From the NCBI GenBank assembly GCA_951406725.2, contig OX597818.1:57040001-57104000 (forward strand): a DNA stretch of 64,000 nt, in the 5' to 3' direction. This DNA is from Octopus vulgaris (lineage: Eukaryota). This document shows positions 13,621-25,925 of the stretch, one piece after another. The notes under the pieces are model-generated. The model was not told the origin of the DNA. It worked only from the letters and a program-made list of their open reading frames with translations, and ran no database searches. The position numbers and the translations under genes were made by a program. Position 1 is the first letter of the stretch, and each line of letters starts with the position of its first letter.

Positions 13621-14312
13621 ATTTCAAGCTAAGCTGGGTGATGGGTATGAAATCTAATAAACACTGTATATGAATATTTTCCTTATATTTATTATTCTTG
13701 CATGGAACTACTGGCTGCAATATCTTGAAATCTATTAAAATATAAGAAAAATGGTGGAGTGAACTGCTTACTCAAACATTTCTTCACAAACAACCTCTTT
13801 TATTAGGCATCTACTCGAGAATTCTTGTGAATTCTGAAGATACAAAGATGACCAATAAAATGCCAAAGAGTCAAAGATTTAAATGATACCACTAGAATTA
13901 GTGTTTCCTCTGAGAAGTGTATTTTATCCTCATTAGATGAATCCACTGTGAAGTAGAGATAACCATTCAATGAGTTAGTATTTTCCTAGTTTGCTGTGTT
14001 GAATTCATACTTAATAGAACTAGTAATGAGCCTCAGGCAAGAGAGGCAATCCTTTTGATAAGGTTTTATGATCAGATATAGAGCTTATGTTATGATTCTG
14101 TGCTATGTCTGATAGCTGATGTGTACCACCATCTCTCATCTCATACAGGCAGACAATTGATATACTCTTTCCCAAGATAGAGCTAGGATGATCAGATAAT
14201 ACAAATCATTGAGAGATCATTCTATATTGATTTTGATCTTGATAATAAACTGAGAGCATTTAGTCATTATGAAAGGAGAGAAGTCAGTCTCAAATCAACG
14301 TCAAAACAAATA

Positions 14313-14878
14313 TTGGGTTGTCTGGAAAGTTTGTGCCGATTTATAGTAGCTTACCTTTCGACTTATGTTAGAACATGGTTGAGTCCATAAAATAGGATTT
14401 GACTACACCTCCATTTAGAACACAGTTTAAGCTATCTTTTCGTGGAAGAAGATTTATGTTCCTATAACCTGTGTTAATTCTGTAACCCTTTAAAATGGAA
14501 GATAAGAAAGTTCATTTTTGGCACTTGATGCTTTGGGAACCAGACAAAAATTGCTGCAGCTCAGCTGGGATGTGTTACCTCACCCTCCATATTCACCAGA
14601 TATTGCTCCTTCGGATTTCCACTTATTCAGGTCTCTGCAGAATAGTCTTAATGGTAAAAATTTCAATTCCTTGGAGGACGTAAAAAGATACCTTGATGAT
14701 TTCTTTGCCCTTAAACCACCTCAAATCTGGGAAGAGGGTATTTTCAAGTTAAAGGAAAGATGGAGACGCATTGTGCAACAAAATGGTTCATATTTGGTTG
14801 ATTAAAGATGCAATGGCAAGTATTTATTGACCTTTTTCTTTCCTTTAAAAATCAGCACGAACTTTCCGGACAACTCAA
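14313..14878 (+). mobile_element. Internally deleted mariner transposon (mellifera-like), 566 bp
   Basis: TA at 14311-12 and 14879-80. 30-bp TIRs ttgggttgtctggaaagtttgtgccgattt / aaatcagcacgaactttccggacaactcaa (4 mismatches). N-terminus MEDKKVHFWHLML is fused to a C-terminus with HPPYSPDIAPSDFHLFRSLQNSL...KLKERWRRIVQQNGSY. Confidence 0.95.
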
Positions 14879-16301
14879 TATATTCTTATCATTTGAATTA
14901 CTCAAGAAACTCAAAATTTCTATGTCTACTAAAAGAAACATCAATTTTTAAAGTATATCTCAATAAAGTGTTATTCATAGTGAATCTGTACATGAGGAAT
15001 CTCTATAGTGTGTCTGCCAATAAGTTTAATAATTCCTAGAATTGTCTAATAACGTTTTATAGTTTTAAAATATTTACTAGTGTTGTGACTTGGAATGATG
15101 TTTCTACCAATAATCTATTAGAAGTCTCGATATTGTGTCCATGAAAAAAAAAAGTAGTGGCTAGTGACATTGACAATATGGCGCTTCCAAATACTTTGTG
15201 TTATCTAATTGCCTCGCATTCTGAGGTCAGTCGATGACGAAATGGACTTTGACTTTTATCTTTTCAAGGTCAATAAAACCAGGTCCTAATCAACTGATTT
15301 TGCTGACGATACATCAAAGAGACCAGGGAACAGAAGAAAGAAGACATGCACCCAACACCAGAGCTGAAGACACCTCCGAAAGGGTGGGGTGGGGGCCCAC
15401 CACGTCAAAACGGTAGAGGAGTAGGGGCCGAAACCGGACGTGGTTCCTCCTGATGATGTCTTGAGCTAATTGGATCCTATAAAGGAGCTGTTGTGGTAGC
15501 AGACTACGAAACATGGTTGTAATCCCTCCCCTCACCCAAATGTGGTCCATCGATGATAAAAAATGAATAATGTATCTGTCAATGCGTCAACTACTGGTTT
15601 GTGTATCAAAGAAGTGCTTTTCATTTGAAGAGTTTCCTCAAATTAGATTTCTACCAAAAAAGGTGTCTCCTCAAAGACGTGTCTACCAGAGAGGTGTGTC
15701 ATTTTTTATAGCAAGGACATATTTTCCTGGTGTCCATGCATCATATATGATACTTATTTCCATTCTCTTTCCAACCACCAATGTAACTTGGAACTTACGA
15801 AAGGAAAACTTTGTATTACTCAGAATGTTTGGAACAAAGACTAGCTACAAAGACTAGTTTCAAGGACTAACTTCAAGGACTAGTATGAAACAAGGACTAG
15901 CAACACGCAAGGTCGTTTAAGACAAACTTCTGAAAAGGATTTGGACAGGCAAAAGGTTAAAAGAAGATTTCTTTGAATTCAACAATCTCAAGTGAAGTCA
16001 TCAAACCAGACACCTATTAACAAAATGTTGAATAGTACAGTGTCTAAGAAGAAGATATATATTGTGGAAATGTCAATCTATGACACGTTTGTCATCCTCA
16101 AGTCTACAAGTAAAGTCTCTCCCAACAATGTATCTGTCAATTACTGCTATATAGATACTAATTAGGTGTCTAATTATGAAGTGTCTACTAGCTAGTTATC
16201 TGTCAAATACATGCCTATCACTAAAAATAATTATAAGTGTTTTACATGGATTCTCAATCTTTGAACAATTTACTCTATATATATGTAAGTATATCTATAT
16301 A

Positions 16302-16333
<32 letters not shown>

Positions 16334-16916
16334 CACACACACATGCATTTTTATATGTGTGAATATGTATATAAATATATTTACATATATGTATGTATGT
16401 ATATATATATATATATAAACATATATATATATGTATGTGTGTATGTATATATGCATATATATATATGTATATATATATATATATGTGTGTGTATGTGTGT
16501 GTATTGTCCTCTTGCCTCCAGACAATAAGCCTGTGCCATTTCTGAATGCCATGTCAGCTTTGGAGAAATTCTTGACTCTTGAGATTATCTCCCCTTGCCA
16601 AGTAGATCTGGTCTGTCATTACTATTTGGTAATTATGATATATCCATCCTCTAGAGGCAGATATAAATTTTAATAAAAATTTATTGTGTTGTATGATATT
16701 TGATACACCTGTATTTGTCTATGTCGTTTAAAATACCTGTGTGCAGGTCACTGAGTTATTTCTTTTCGCCCATTTTTGTTGAAATTACAAAACCTGCAAA
16801 ATGGTTCCTTGCATTAAAGATCCTATCACTGTCCTTTATGAAGAATTAAACCTTGCCACAAATGACTTGTATCACTGAACACACACACACACACACATGC
16901 TACCATACATCACAGG

Positions 16917-16947
<31 letters not shown>

Positions 16948-17199
16948 CAGACACACACTACCATACATCACAGACACACACATACATATATAATCACACG
17001 TAACATTTATATATACATAATATAAAGAATATATATTATGTATATAAGTGGTATATACATAATATATATACGTATATATTAAGTATATATACATACATAT
17101 ATATATATGCATATATACGCACATATATATATGTATACATATGTATATATATGTATACATATGTATATATATATGCATATACATTAAATTTATATATAC

Positions 17200-17233
<34 letters not shown>

Positions 17234-17333
17234 ATATATATGTGTGTATGTATGCGTATATATATGTGTGTGTTTATATATACATACATACATGTATATA
17301 TAAAACATATATATATTTATATGCAACATATAC

Positions 17334-17372
<39 letters not shown>

Positions 17373-17430
17373 ACATATATATATATATATATTTACACAC
17401 AACATATATATATATGTATATCTGTCCTAC

Positions 17431-17504
17431 CTGCTAAAAGTGATTTCCTTATCTTCGTTTTCCGGTTTAATAGTTTTACTGAAGCTGTGATGCGTTGTCG
17501 CCAT
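17431..17504 (-). CDS. Candidate first coding exon [25 protein letters not shown]
   Basis: aaaaATGGCG start context, open frame to a CAG|GTAGGA donor, located where CpG density rises. Alternative reading: a decayed HHR element on the plus strand (CTGAAGC-t-GTGA...TCAC-GAAA). Confidence 0.3.
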
Positions 17505-17842
17505 TTTTAGATGATTTAATCCTCACGAAAATCGTTATTCTTTCTTTTTCTCTCATGATCGTCACATTCACCATAATCCTCATAGTCCTCATAGTCATCC
17601 TCATCGCCTGCATTTTCGTGTCCTCTAATCCGCATTTGTTACCACTACTGTCACGAGACCAACGCTGCTAATCATTACACCGCCGCCGCCACCACCACCA
17701 CCACCACCACCATCAACAGCACCATTATCATCGTCATCATCAGATCGACTTCCACAATGACGATGACCACGGCCACGACCATCCCCATGTATCCGAAATG
17801 TATGTATGTGTATGCACGCGCGCGCGTTAACACACATACATG

Positions 17843-17879
<37 letters not shown>

Positions 17880-17966
17880 CGTGTGTGTGTGTGTGTGTGT
17901 GTGCTCCAACATGACCACACCCGCCTGGCTGAAACTCGTAAAAGAATAAAAGGTATATATATATCC

Positions 17967-18135
17967 ATGATAGATCGGTAGCCACTACACACATTTTTCT
18001 CTCTCCTTGTTTCTTTCTGTAGAAGAGCGTAGGCTCGAAACGTAAAAGACATTTTCTATTCCTGAGCGTTATACTAATACATCTGTTCGTTTCCTACACC
18101 ACCTGTCTTCATCTTTTGTTTTTTTAGTGAATTCT

Positions 18136-18138
<3 letters not shown>
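17967..18138 (+). mobile_element. Short (TA)n-embedded element with variant HHR (18012-18049); same family at 56428-56610 and 56711-56810
   Basis: TCTTT-CTGTAGA-a-GAG-cgtagg-CTC-GAAA-CG-TA-AAAGA; near-identical at 56484-56519. Confidence 0.7.
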
Positions 18139-18171
<33 letters not shown>

Positions 18172-18186
18172 GTAAGATCCACCCTT

Positions 18187-18269
18187 GGTCTGACGAGTAG
18201 CCTACTGTATAAACCTCATTTGGATATTTACTACTTCCGCGGTTCCGCTGCTATGAAACGTATGTAGCC
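18187..18269 (+). ncRNA. Hammerhead ribozyme motif with large stem-II loop
   Basis: GGT-CTGACGA-GTAGC-(~48 nt)-GCTAT-GAAA-CGTATG-TA-GCC, just after a (TA)n tract. Confidence 0.6.
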
Positions 18270-18284
18270 CGGATTTTGTGTACT

Positions 18285-18347
18285 CCATTCCTTAACTCTA
18301 AGTATCCATTCCTTAACTCTAAGTATCCATTCCTTAACTCTAAGTAC
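18285..18347 (+). repeat. 3 x 21-bp tandem repeat fused to a truncated SINE
   Basis: ccattccttaactctaagtat x3; the last copy runs into the SINE sequence taagtaccagttacgc. Confidence 0.9.
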
Positions 18348-18905
18348 CAGTTACGCACTGGGGTCGATGTAATCGACTTGATCCCTTTGTCTGTCCTTGT
18401 TTGTTCCCTCTATGTTTAGCCCCTTGTGGGTAATAAAGAAATAGGTATTTTGCTGGTGCTACGTTCTGAGTTCAAATTCTGCCGCGGTCGACTTTGCCAT
18501 TCATCCTTTCAGAGTCGATTAAATAAGTACCAGTTACGCACTGGGGTCGATGTAATCGACTTAATACCTATATCTGTCCTTGTTTGTTCCCTCTATGTTT
18601 AGCCCCTTGTGGGTAATAAAGAAATAGGTATTTTGCTGGTGTTACGTTCTGAGTTCAAATTCCGCCGAGGTCGACTTTGCCTTTCATCCTTTCGGAGTCG
18701 ATTAAATAAGTGCCAGTTACGCACTGGGGTCGATGTAATCGACTTAATCCGTTTGTCTGTCCTTGTTTGTCCTCTCTGTGTTTAGCCCCTTGTGGGTAGT
18801 AAAGAAATCGGAGTCGATAAATTAAGTACCTGTTGTATACTGGAGTCGATCTAATCGATTTACTCCTTTCTCTGAAGTTACTGACCTTGTGCCAAAATTT
18901 GAAAT
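18341..18905 (+). mobile_element. Family-A SINE multimer (183-bp units)
   Basis: Units restart at ggtattt (18444, 18627). Other arrays or copies: 22217-22620, 26100-26697, 38835-39222(-), 46726-47120(-), 47395-47640, 51757-52140, 59322-59960, 60562-61650, 62932-63322. Confidence 0.9.
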
Positions 18906-19232
18906 CAGTAAATGGAGAAGGACAAAATATGATAGCAGACTAAATTAAGTATTAAGTTCGATATGATCAGTTAAGCACCTGAGGGTGTTTCGCCACCATG
19001 GTCGCTGTTTAATGATTGAAACCAGTTAAATATTAAAATACTATATAAAAGATTAAAAAATATTTATAACCAGCAGGAGTGGCTGTGTGGTAAGTAGCTT
19101 GCTTCCCAACCACATGGTTCCGGGTTCAGTCCCACTGCGTGGCACCTCGGGCAAGTCTCTTCTACTATAGCCTCGGGCCGACCAATGCCTTGTGAGTGGA
19201 CTTGGTAGACGGAAACTGAAAGAATCCCGTCG

Positions 19233-19267
<35 letters not shown>

Positions 19268-19519
19268 TTGTGTGTGTGTGTTTGTCCCCCTAGCATTGCT
19301 TGACAACCGATGCTGGTGTGTTTACGTCCCCGTCACTTAGCGGTTCGGCAAAAAGAGACCGATAGAATAAGTACTGGGCTTACAAAAAGAACAAGTCCCG
19401 GGGTCGAGTTGCTCGACTAAAGGCGGTGCTCCAGCATGGCCGCAGTCGACTTAACAGTCGAAACAAGTAAAAGAGTAAAAGAGAAAAGAGTATATATATA
19501 ACCCTGAAACCTACATATA

Positions 19520-19741
19520 CAGGGTGAGGCAGAAAGGTTGCCCCCGATTTCATAGGTTAGTAAGAAACAAACACATGAAGATACAAGAAAAAAAAAAACG
19601 ATGCTCTCCACTCCTAAATCAGAAGAAAAAATGGCATTTAATGAACTTCATAGAAATACAAAGTTTTTTCATATATCTTTATGTGTTTTTTTTTATTTTT
19701 ATTAATCTTTGAAATCGGGGCTACCTTTCTGCTGCACCCTG
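19520..19741. mobile_element. Tc1/mariner-type MITE, 222 bp
   Basis: TA|cagggtgaggcagaaaggttgcccccgatttca ... tgaaatcggggctacctttctgctgcaccctg|TA; imperfect inverted similarity extends ~70 bp. Confidence 0.85.
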
Positions 19742-19768
19742 TATATACACACAAAACACACACATATA

Positions 19769-20669
19769 TCTATATATATAAAAGTGAAGTTGTGTGAGTG
19801 TCTGTCCCCTTCGATTTAGATTCCTAACTCCTCCCACATTTTGCGGTGCAGTTTAACCAAATTCGGGTATCTTATAGTCGTGATTCATATCGAGCCCGTC
19901 TGACTATTAGCGCGCGTCAAGGATGAGTCTACGATTTTAAAAATAATTTAACATCATTTTTTATTCCATTTTAATGCATAAAATGCATCGTGTGTCGATG
20001 GCGGCGGAGTTGGCGTCCACGCTCACAGCTGCACCTGTTTGCTTCTCCCCCTTCCCTCCCTCGTGAAGCTGTGGGGAAGGGAGTGTAAAGAAATCAATGT
20101 CGTAATGCGTTGTGAAGGAGACCAGCGTTCTTTTAGAACAACGACTTCATGGCTTGAAGACACCAAAACAAAAATGGCTAAGAAAGCCCGAATTTATAAG
20201 GGAAGTAACTCTCTAAAAATGCTTATATAGTTATTTCCCTTACAAACCCGAGCAACGCCGGGCGATACTGCTAGTCTTTATATATAAAAGTGAAGTTGTG
20301 TGTCTGTCTCCTACGATTTAGATTCCTAACTACTCCCACATTTTGCGGTGCAGTGTAACCAAAACCGGGTATCTTATAGTCATGATTCATATCGAGCCCT
20401 TCTGCGTATTAGCACGCGTCTACGATGAGTCTACGATTTAAAAAAAATTTAACATAATTTTTCCGTATTTTTAATGCATTTTCGCTCGGTTTATACAAGG
20501 GAAGTAACTCTCTAAAAATTTATTATTAAATCTCAGAATGTAAAAAGCTACAGTAACACCCCCCTTTGTGGTTAACCATACTGAGATGGCTATTATACTT
20601 TACTTCTCTAAAAATGCTTATATAGTTATTTCCCTTACAAACCCGAGCAACGCCGGGCGATACTGCTAG
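19769..20669 (+). mobile_element. Two head-to-tail non-autonomous Helitrons (19769-20274, 20275-20669)
   Basis: Each starts TC(T/A)...tatataaaagtgaagttgtg and ends cccgagcaacgccggg-cgatactg-CTAG. Array sits between host A and T, with an exact CTAG|TC junction. Confidence 0.9.
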
Positions 20670-20675
20670 TATTTA

Positions 20676-21206
20676 TCTATAATAATAGATGGCAATCTAT
20701 TTGTTATTTTAACTCCTCCGAGTCTATCCAACAGACCTTGATGAAACTTGACACGCGTGGGTGGCTTATGCCATTGCGGTCACTTACGCACTTGGAATTT
20801 TAAAAAAAAATCGATTTTAAATCAGCATCGATTTTTCAAAAATCCTAAAATTCCGGCATTTTTTGCACTAGCCATCGTGACATCAATTTGTCGAAAAATG
20901 CCGAAATTTGACGAAAAACGCTTCAAACAGACAGCTTAATAACGCTAATCTATTTAGCATTTGCTAATTCTTCATTCCAATGCGAATTGTTTTGATTTGT
21001 TAAAACTTATTATTTCAATTCGTTGTTTTAATTCCCCAGCGTTTCAGATTTTGATCAGGTAAGTACATTTTATTTCTCAAGCAAAACTTAGGCATTTTGC
21101 GCACTAGCCATCGTGGTATCAATTTGACGAAATCTGGCCCAAAGCGTAAAATTTCGCCATTTTACACGCATGCACAAAAATGACGACAACACGGGTTCGC
21201 TACTCG
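20676..21206 (+). mobile_element. Third, different and more decayed Helitron-like element
   Basis: a|TCtataataatag start 6 bp after the previous Helitron; end acaacacgggttcgcta-CTCG|t resembles a decayed hairpin plus CTAG. Confidence 0.5.
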
Positions 21207-21540
21207 TCAAATTGGTCCTACCCATTACTTTTTTACTCTTTTACTCTTTTACTTGTTTCAGTCATTTGACTAGAAATGTTTTATAGCTATAAACAGACAT
21301 CTTGTTAACGGTAATTTTTTACCGGTACTTCAGCTATACCGGTATATATATATATATATATTGGAGCAATCTTAAAATTAATTAGCCGAAATTGCAAGGA
21401 TGATCCGGTTCTTGACTGAAGATAAAAGGCTCCGAATGGCCCGTCCTTGTTTTTGTATCGTCTATCTGGATGTTTTGCTGTCCCCTTTTGTATCACCTAG
21501 TTGTCCGGATGTTTTGCGTCCTTGTCCCATTTTGTATTTC

Positions 21541-21681
<141 letters not shown>

Positions 21682-23014
21682 CAGTCAACATCCTCGCTAC
21701 AAATCAAAACCAGTGGAACCGCGCCAGTGACGTGGTCGCAGATGTTGCGACGAAAATTCTGACACCAAATTACAAAACTTTTAAGTTAAAATAACAGTTG
21801 TGAATTCTTGAATGGTTGATGTGTGTCTTCTGCGCTGTAATTGATTTTGTTCCAACTAAAAGTACATTTCCGAAGTTTTATTCTAATTATGATTTACAAC
21901 AGAAATTTCCTAACTCAAGGAACGTGTTATATTCGTTGTGATCGCACACTAGTGGATTCAGAACTTGTTGTTCATGTAGTTTAGTTCAAGTCAGACCTGT
22001 TGGAGAAGTCATCTATGAAAGCAAAATCTAATTATAACTATCCCATCGAGGATTGCATTGTGCAATGTGCACTTCCATGTTCTAAGATGGTGAAGTTCAA
22101 ATGAGATTTTGTTGTTAAAATTTATGTGTAATAAATTGGTTAAACTTCTTCTATACACAAAATATTTTGATTTTTAAATACAATTTCTAATAATATTTTA
22201 TTATGGAAATATTATGCGGCGAGCTGGCAGAAACGTTAAAATGCCGGGCGAAATGCTTAGCGGTATTTCGTCTGCCGTTACGTTCAGAGTTCAAATTCCG
22301 CCGAGGTCGACTTTGCCTTTTATCCTTTCGGGGTCGATAAATTAAGTACCAGTTACACACTGGGCTCGATGTAATCGACTTAATACCTATGTCTGTCCTT
22401 GTTTGTCCCCTCTATGTTTAGCCCCTTGTGGGTAATAAAGAAATAGGTATTTCGTCTGCTGCTACGTTCTGAGTTCAAATTTCGCCGAGGTCGACTTTGC
22501 CTTTCATCCATTCGGGGTCGATAAATTTAGTACCAGTTACGCACTGGGGTCGATGTAATCGACTTAATCTCCTTGCTTGTCCCCTCTATGTTTAGCCCCC
22601 TGTGGGCAATAAAGAAATAAACATTTTATTATGGAAATATTATAGGATTTTTTATGAGGGTCCACCCGAGTAGAATAGGAATCAAAGAGGTCTATAGTTA
22701 AGAAAAATAAACAACGGCCAGGTCTGGGAGTCGAAACCGCGATCCTTTGACTGCGAGTCCGCTGTCCTAACCGCTGGACCAGTAGTACAGTAACAATAGA
22801 ATGAAATAACATTTCTGGTCCCGTCATAGTATCATTCGTAGCCTGTTATAACACGTAACCTTTTTTTACAACTTGTCGGCTCACCTTTATTATTATTTTT
22901 TAGATACTGTCTAAAATATTTGGATGTATAGTAGTAGACTCATTGTGTCTAAATATTTCTGCAGTAATAGTCTAATATGAACTTTAATCATGTTGGGCTT
23001 GTTGTTGTTTAGTT

Positions 23015-23328
23015 CAGTGGTTCCCAAGGTGGGCGGCATTGCCCCCTGTGGGGGCGGTGAAAAGTTCCAAGTGGGCATTGAAGAAAAGTTGGGCGATAAT
23101 AGGTTAGCGATTCGTGTAAAAAGGGGAGCGATAATGGGGTAGCGATTCATGTAAAAAAAAAATACAAAATAACGGATTCATTAGATCAAGTTTTATTTGT
23201 GAAATAAAGTTGCTTTGAATTTGTTTCAGAAAGGGGTCTATGTTTGTAATGGTTAGTTGGGGTGGGGCGCTAGGAATGTGGCCTGGGTGTCAAGGGGGCG
23301 ACAGCCCGAAAAAGTTTGGGAACCACTG
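23015..23328. mobile_element. hAT (Charlie-like) MITE, 314 bp
   Basis: Perfect 8-bp TSD gtttagtt (23007-14, 23329-36); TIR cagtggttcccaa / ttgggaaccactg. Confidence 0.93.
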
Positions 23329-23980
23329 GTTTAGTTCCAATGACTAAAAAAAAGAAAGATACATTTGACTATATTATACACCTGTCCTCGTTTATCACAA
23401 ACTGAATCATCACTGAGTCAGGATAATGCGGTTCACTCATTGTAAACTGTGTTACACTTATTACGAATCGATCTCTGATAACACCGGTCTACGATCAGTC
23501 AAAGATTCCTTTTGGACCATAAAAGCTCTCCTTCTCACTAGCATTATCCACAATGGTCAGCATGACTTGGGGGTCTCAGAACGAAACCTATTTCCCCCAT
23601 ATGTTCTATCATTCATTTGTCTGATTTATTCAACACGGTGTTATATTTTGGAACCAAACACCCGTGAAAAACGAAGCTAGATGTATCATGTGTCCAAACC
23701 TTTTATAAGACAATACAATAAAATTCAAATGGGTTATTATTTCTAGCAGACTGAATGTTCACATTTGTTGGCGCTAATTCCTGTTTTGTAGCGTTCCGAA
23801 ATGGAGTAATCTCTGGCAGTGAAGAACAAGGAAACCCAGATTTTCGTGTGGAATTTTGGCTATCGTTTAACAAAATTAATAACAGAGGAAAGCTGTAATT
23901 ATAAAGCCGACATTTAACTCCAACTACATTATCTGTAGCTGCAGACGTGAGTTGTAATTACAGAGACTAAAGTTGTACTC

Positions 23981-24196
23981 ACCGAGACAGTGTTGCAAAT
24001 AACGATTTATTAAATGGTTCGGTTTAAAAAGTAAAAAAAGAGAAACGATTCTGGCTTTACTGTTTGAACCGTTCGTTGCTGAAGTGATGAGAGGGTCAAA
24101 GTTTAGTTGTACATTGTGAGACTGATCTGTTACAGACGTCAAGTAACGACAGAAACTAACCAATTGGCTGAAGTCACGATCAGGAATATGGGCGGG
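23981..24196 (-). promoter_or_regulatory. Candidate Pol II promoter plus non-coding first exon
   Basis: GC box gggcggg 24190-96, ccaattgg 24160-67, CRE-like gacgtca 24135-41, then a strong minus-strand donor TCG|GTGAGTA at 23982, all in CpG-retaining unique DNA. Confidence 0.25.
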
Positions 24197-25621
24197 TTAA
24201 TTATTTGGCCAGGATGTTAGGATATTAATTAACTGTGAGAATAATAATAATAATAATAACACACACACACACACACACACTTCTGTGTGTGTGTGTGTGT
24301 CTACTTGAATATGTTCATGAAGTGATAATACTACTGGTACTCCGTCGCTTACGACGACGAGGGTTCCAGTTGGTACGATCAACGGAACAGCTTGTTCTCG
24401 AGATTAAACTTGCAAGTGGCTGAGTACTCCACAGACACCTATGCTTTCACCTTTCTAGCATGGATGGGGGAGGGGCTCTTTCAGGAGCTTGCGCTTTGCT
24501 AGCACAGTTTTCAGTGTCGTTGAGGAATACAGACCACTTACATCGTGATAAGGACTGAATCACGTGGTGGATGGTTACTGACTGCCAAATTAAAATTTAC
24601 AGATTTCCCATTTACTTATGGGCAGATATGCAAATAACAAAAAAATATTTAAGGCTACTTTCCCTGTCATTCAGACCACAAGACTTAAGCCTTGTAACCT
24701 TCACCATTTTTATCTATTACAATGCGGCCATTCTGGGGCAGTGCCTTGAAGAATTTTAGTGGAACGAAACGACTCCAGTACTTAATTTTTTAAAGCCTGG
24801 TACTTATTCTATCGGTCTCTTTTGCCAAACCTCTAAGTTAGGGGGACGTAAACACACTAACACCGGTTGTCAAGCAGTGATAGGGGACAAACACAATCAT
24901 CAGGACACACAAACACATGCACACACACATACAAATACAACAGGTTTCTTTCTGTTTCCATTTACCAAATACACTTTGGTCAACCCGAAGCCATAGTAGA
25001 AGACACTTGCCCAAGGTGCCACGCAGTGGAACTGAACCTGGAGCAATGTTGTTGGGAAGCAAGCTTCTTACTACACAGCCACACCCCCACCTTGATAGTT
25101 TTCTAATCTCAGCTCATCAAAATTACCACTTTGGGGGCAATGTTTTACGATCGGAGGCCCACCTGTTGCCAAACATTTTTAGTCATTTGTTACAGCACAC
25201 AAGAAATAAGGTATACCAAAATCAGGCCACACAGAATATATTATCGTTTTTTGTGGTCAAGAGGGAAGGCAACGCTCATGACCCTTTACAAGGTTTCTGA
25301 AACTGGTCATTGTAACAGAGGAAGGTATCTTGAAGGCGAAGACGTGACCCGAATGCTTGATAATAGGGTGGACTCTGCCAAGGGCATTCATGATATAAGG
25401 ATGAAGCGTTGAAGCGAGCGAAAAATTAAGTCTAACAACCATGCAGACTTGAATGTGGATTTGAACTCAGAACATAAAGAGTCGGAACAAATATCGCAAG
25501 GCATTCTTATAATTCGGTCAATTCACTGCCTTGGATTGGTACTTTATCTATCGACCCAGAAAGAGTGAAAGGCAACGTTGGCTTCGGCTGTATTTGAACC
25601 CAGAGAGTCGGTAGAGTCGGA

Positions 25622-25925
25622 ATGTTTGTTCCTTCTCGAGCCACGCCTAGCTTATAAGGGCCGGTTTCCCGGTTTCCTTGGCGTATAGGTTACCCACCTG
25701 GACGGGACGCCGGTTCGTTGCAGGAGAGCTGCAAGATGCAGGAGGAAAGAGTGAGAGAAAGTTGTGGCGAAAGAGTCAGCAGAAGTTCGCCATTAAATTC
25801 TGCCGGAGCCGCGTGGAGCTTAGGTGTTTCGCTCATAAACACACATATCGCACGGTCTGAGATTCGAACCCGCGATTCCTCGACCGCGAGTCCGCTGCTC
25901 TAACCACAAGGCCATGTGCCTCCAC
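25622..25925 (-). mobile_element. tRNA-derived SINE, head C plus V-domain-like tail
   Basis: Minus strand gtggaggcacatggcc...gttcgaatc...ggcgtcccgtccaggtggg. Relatives at 49330-49640(+) and 52286-52600(+); head fragment at 22710-22780(-). Confidence 0.8.

Noticed and set aside
13694-13834. Pair of minus-strand exon-like segments
   Set aside because: The implied intron is only 40 nt and the upstream segment's phase does not fit the 17431-17504 exon.
16736-16793. Minus-strand segment with good acceptor and donor
   Set aside because: Stops in all three frames; it could only be non-coding or terminal.
18285-18347. 21-bp repeats or SINE arrays as CRISPR
   Set aside because: No unique spacers, no cas genes, eukaryotic context.
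21416-21450. CTGAAGA in a TA-bounded unit
   Set aside because: No GAAA and no convincing stems.
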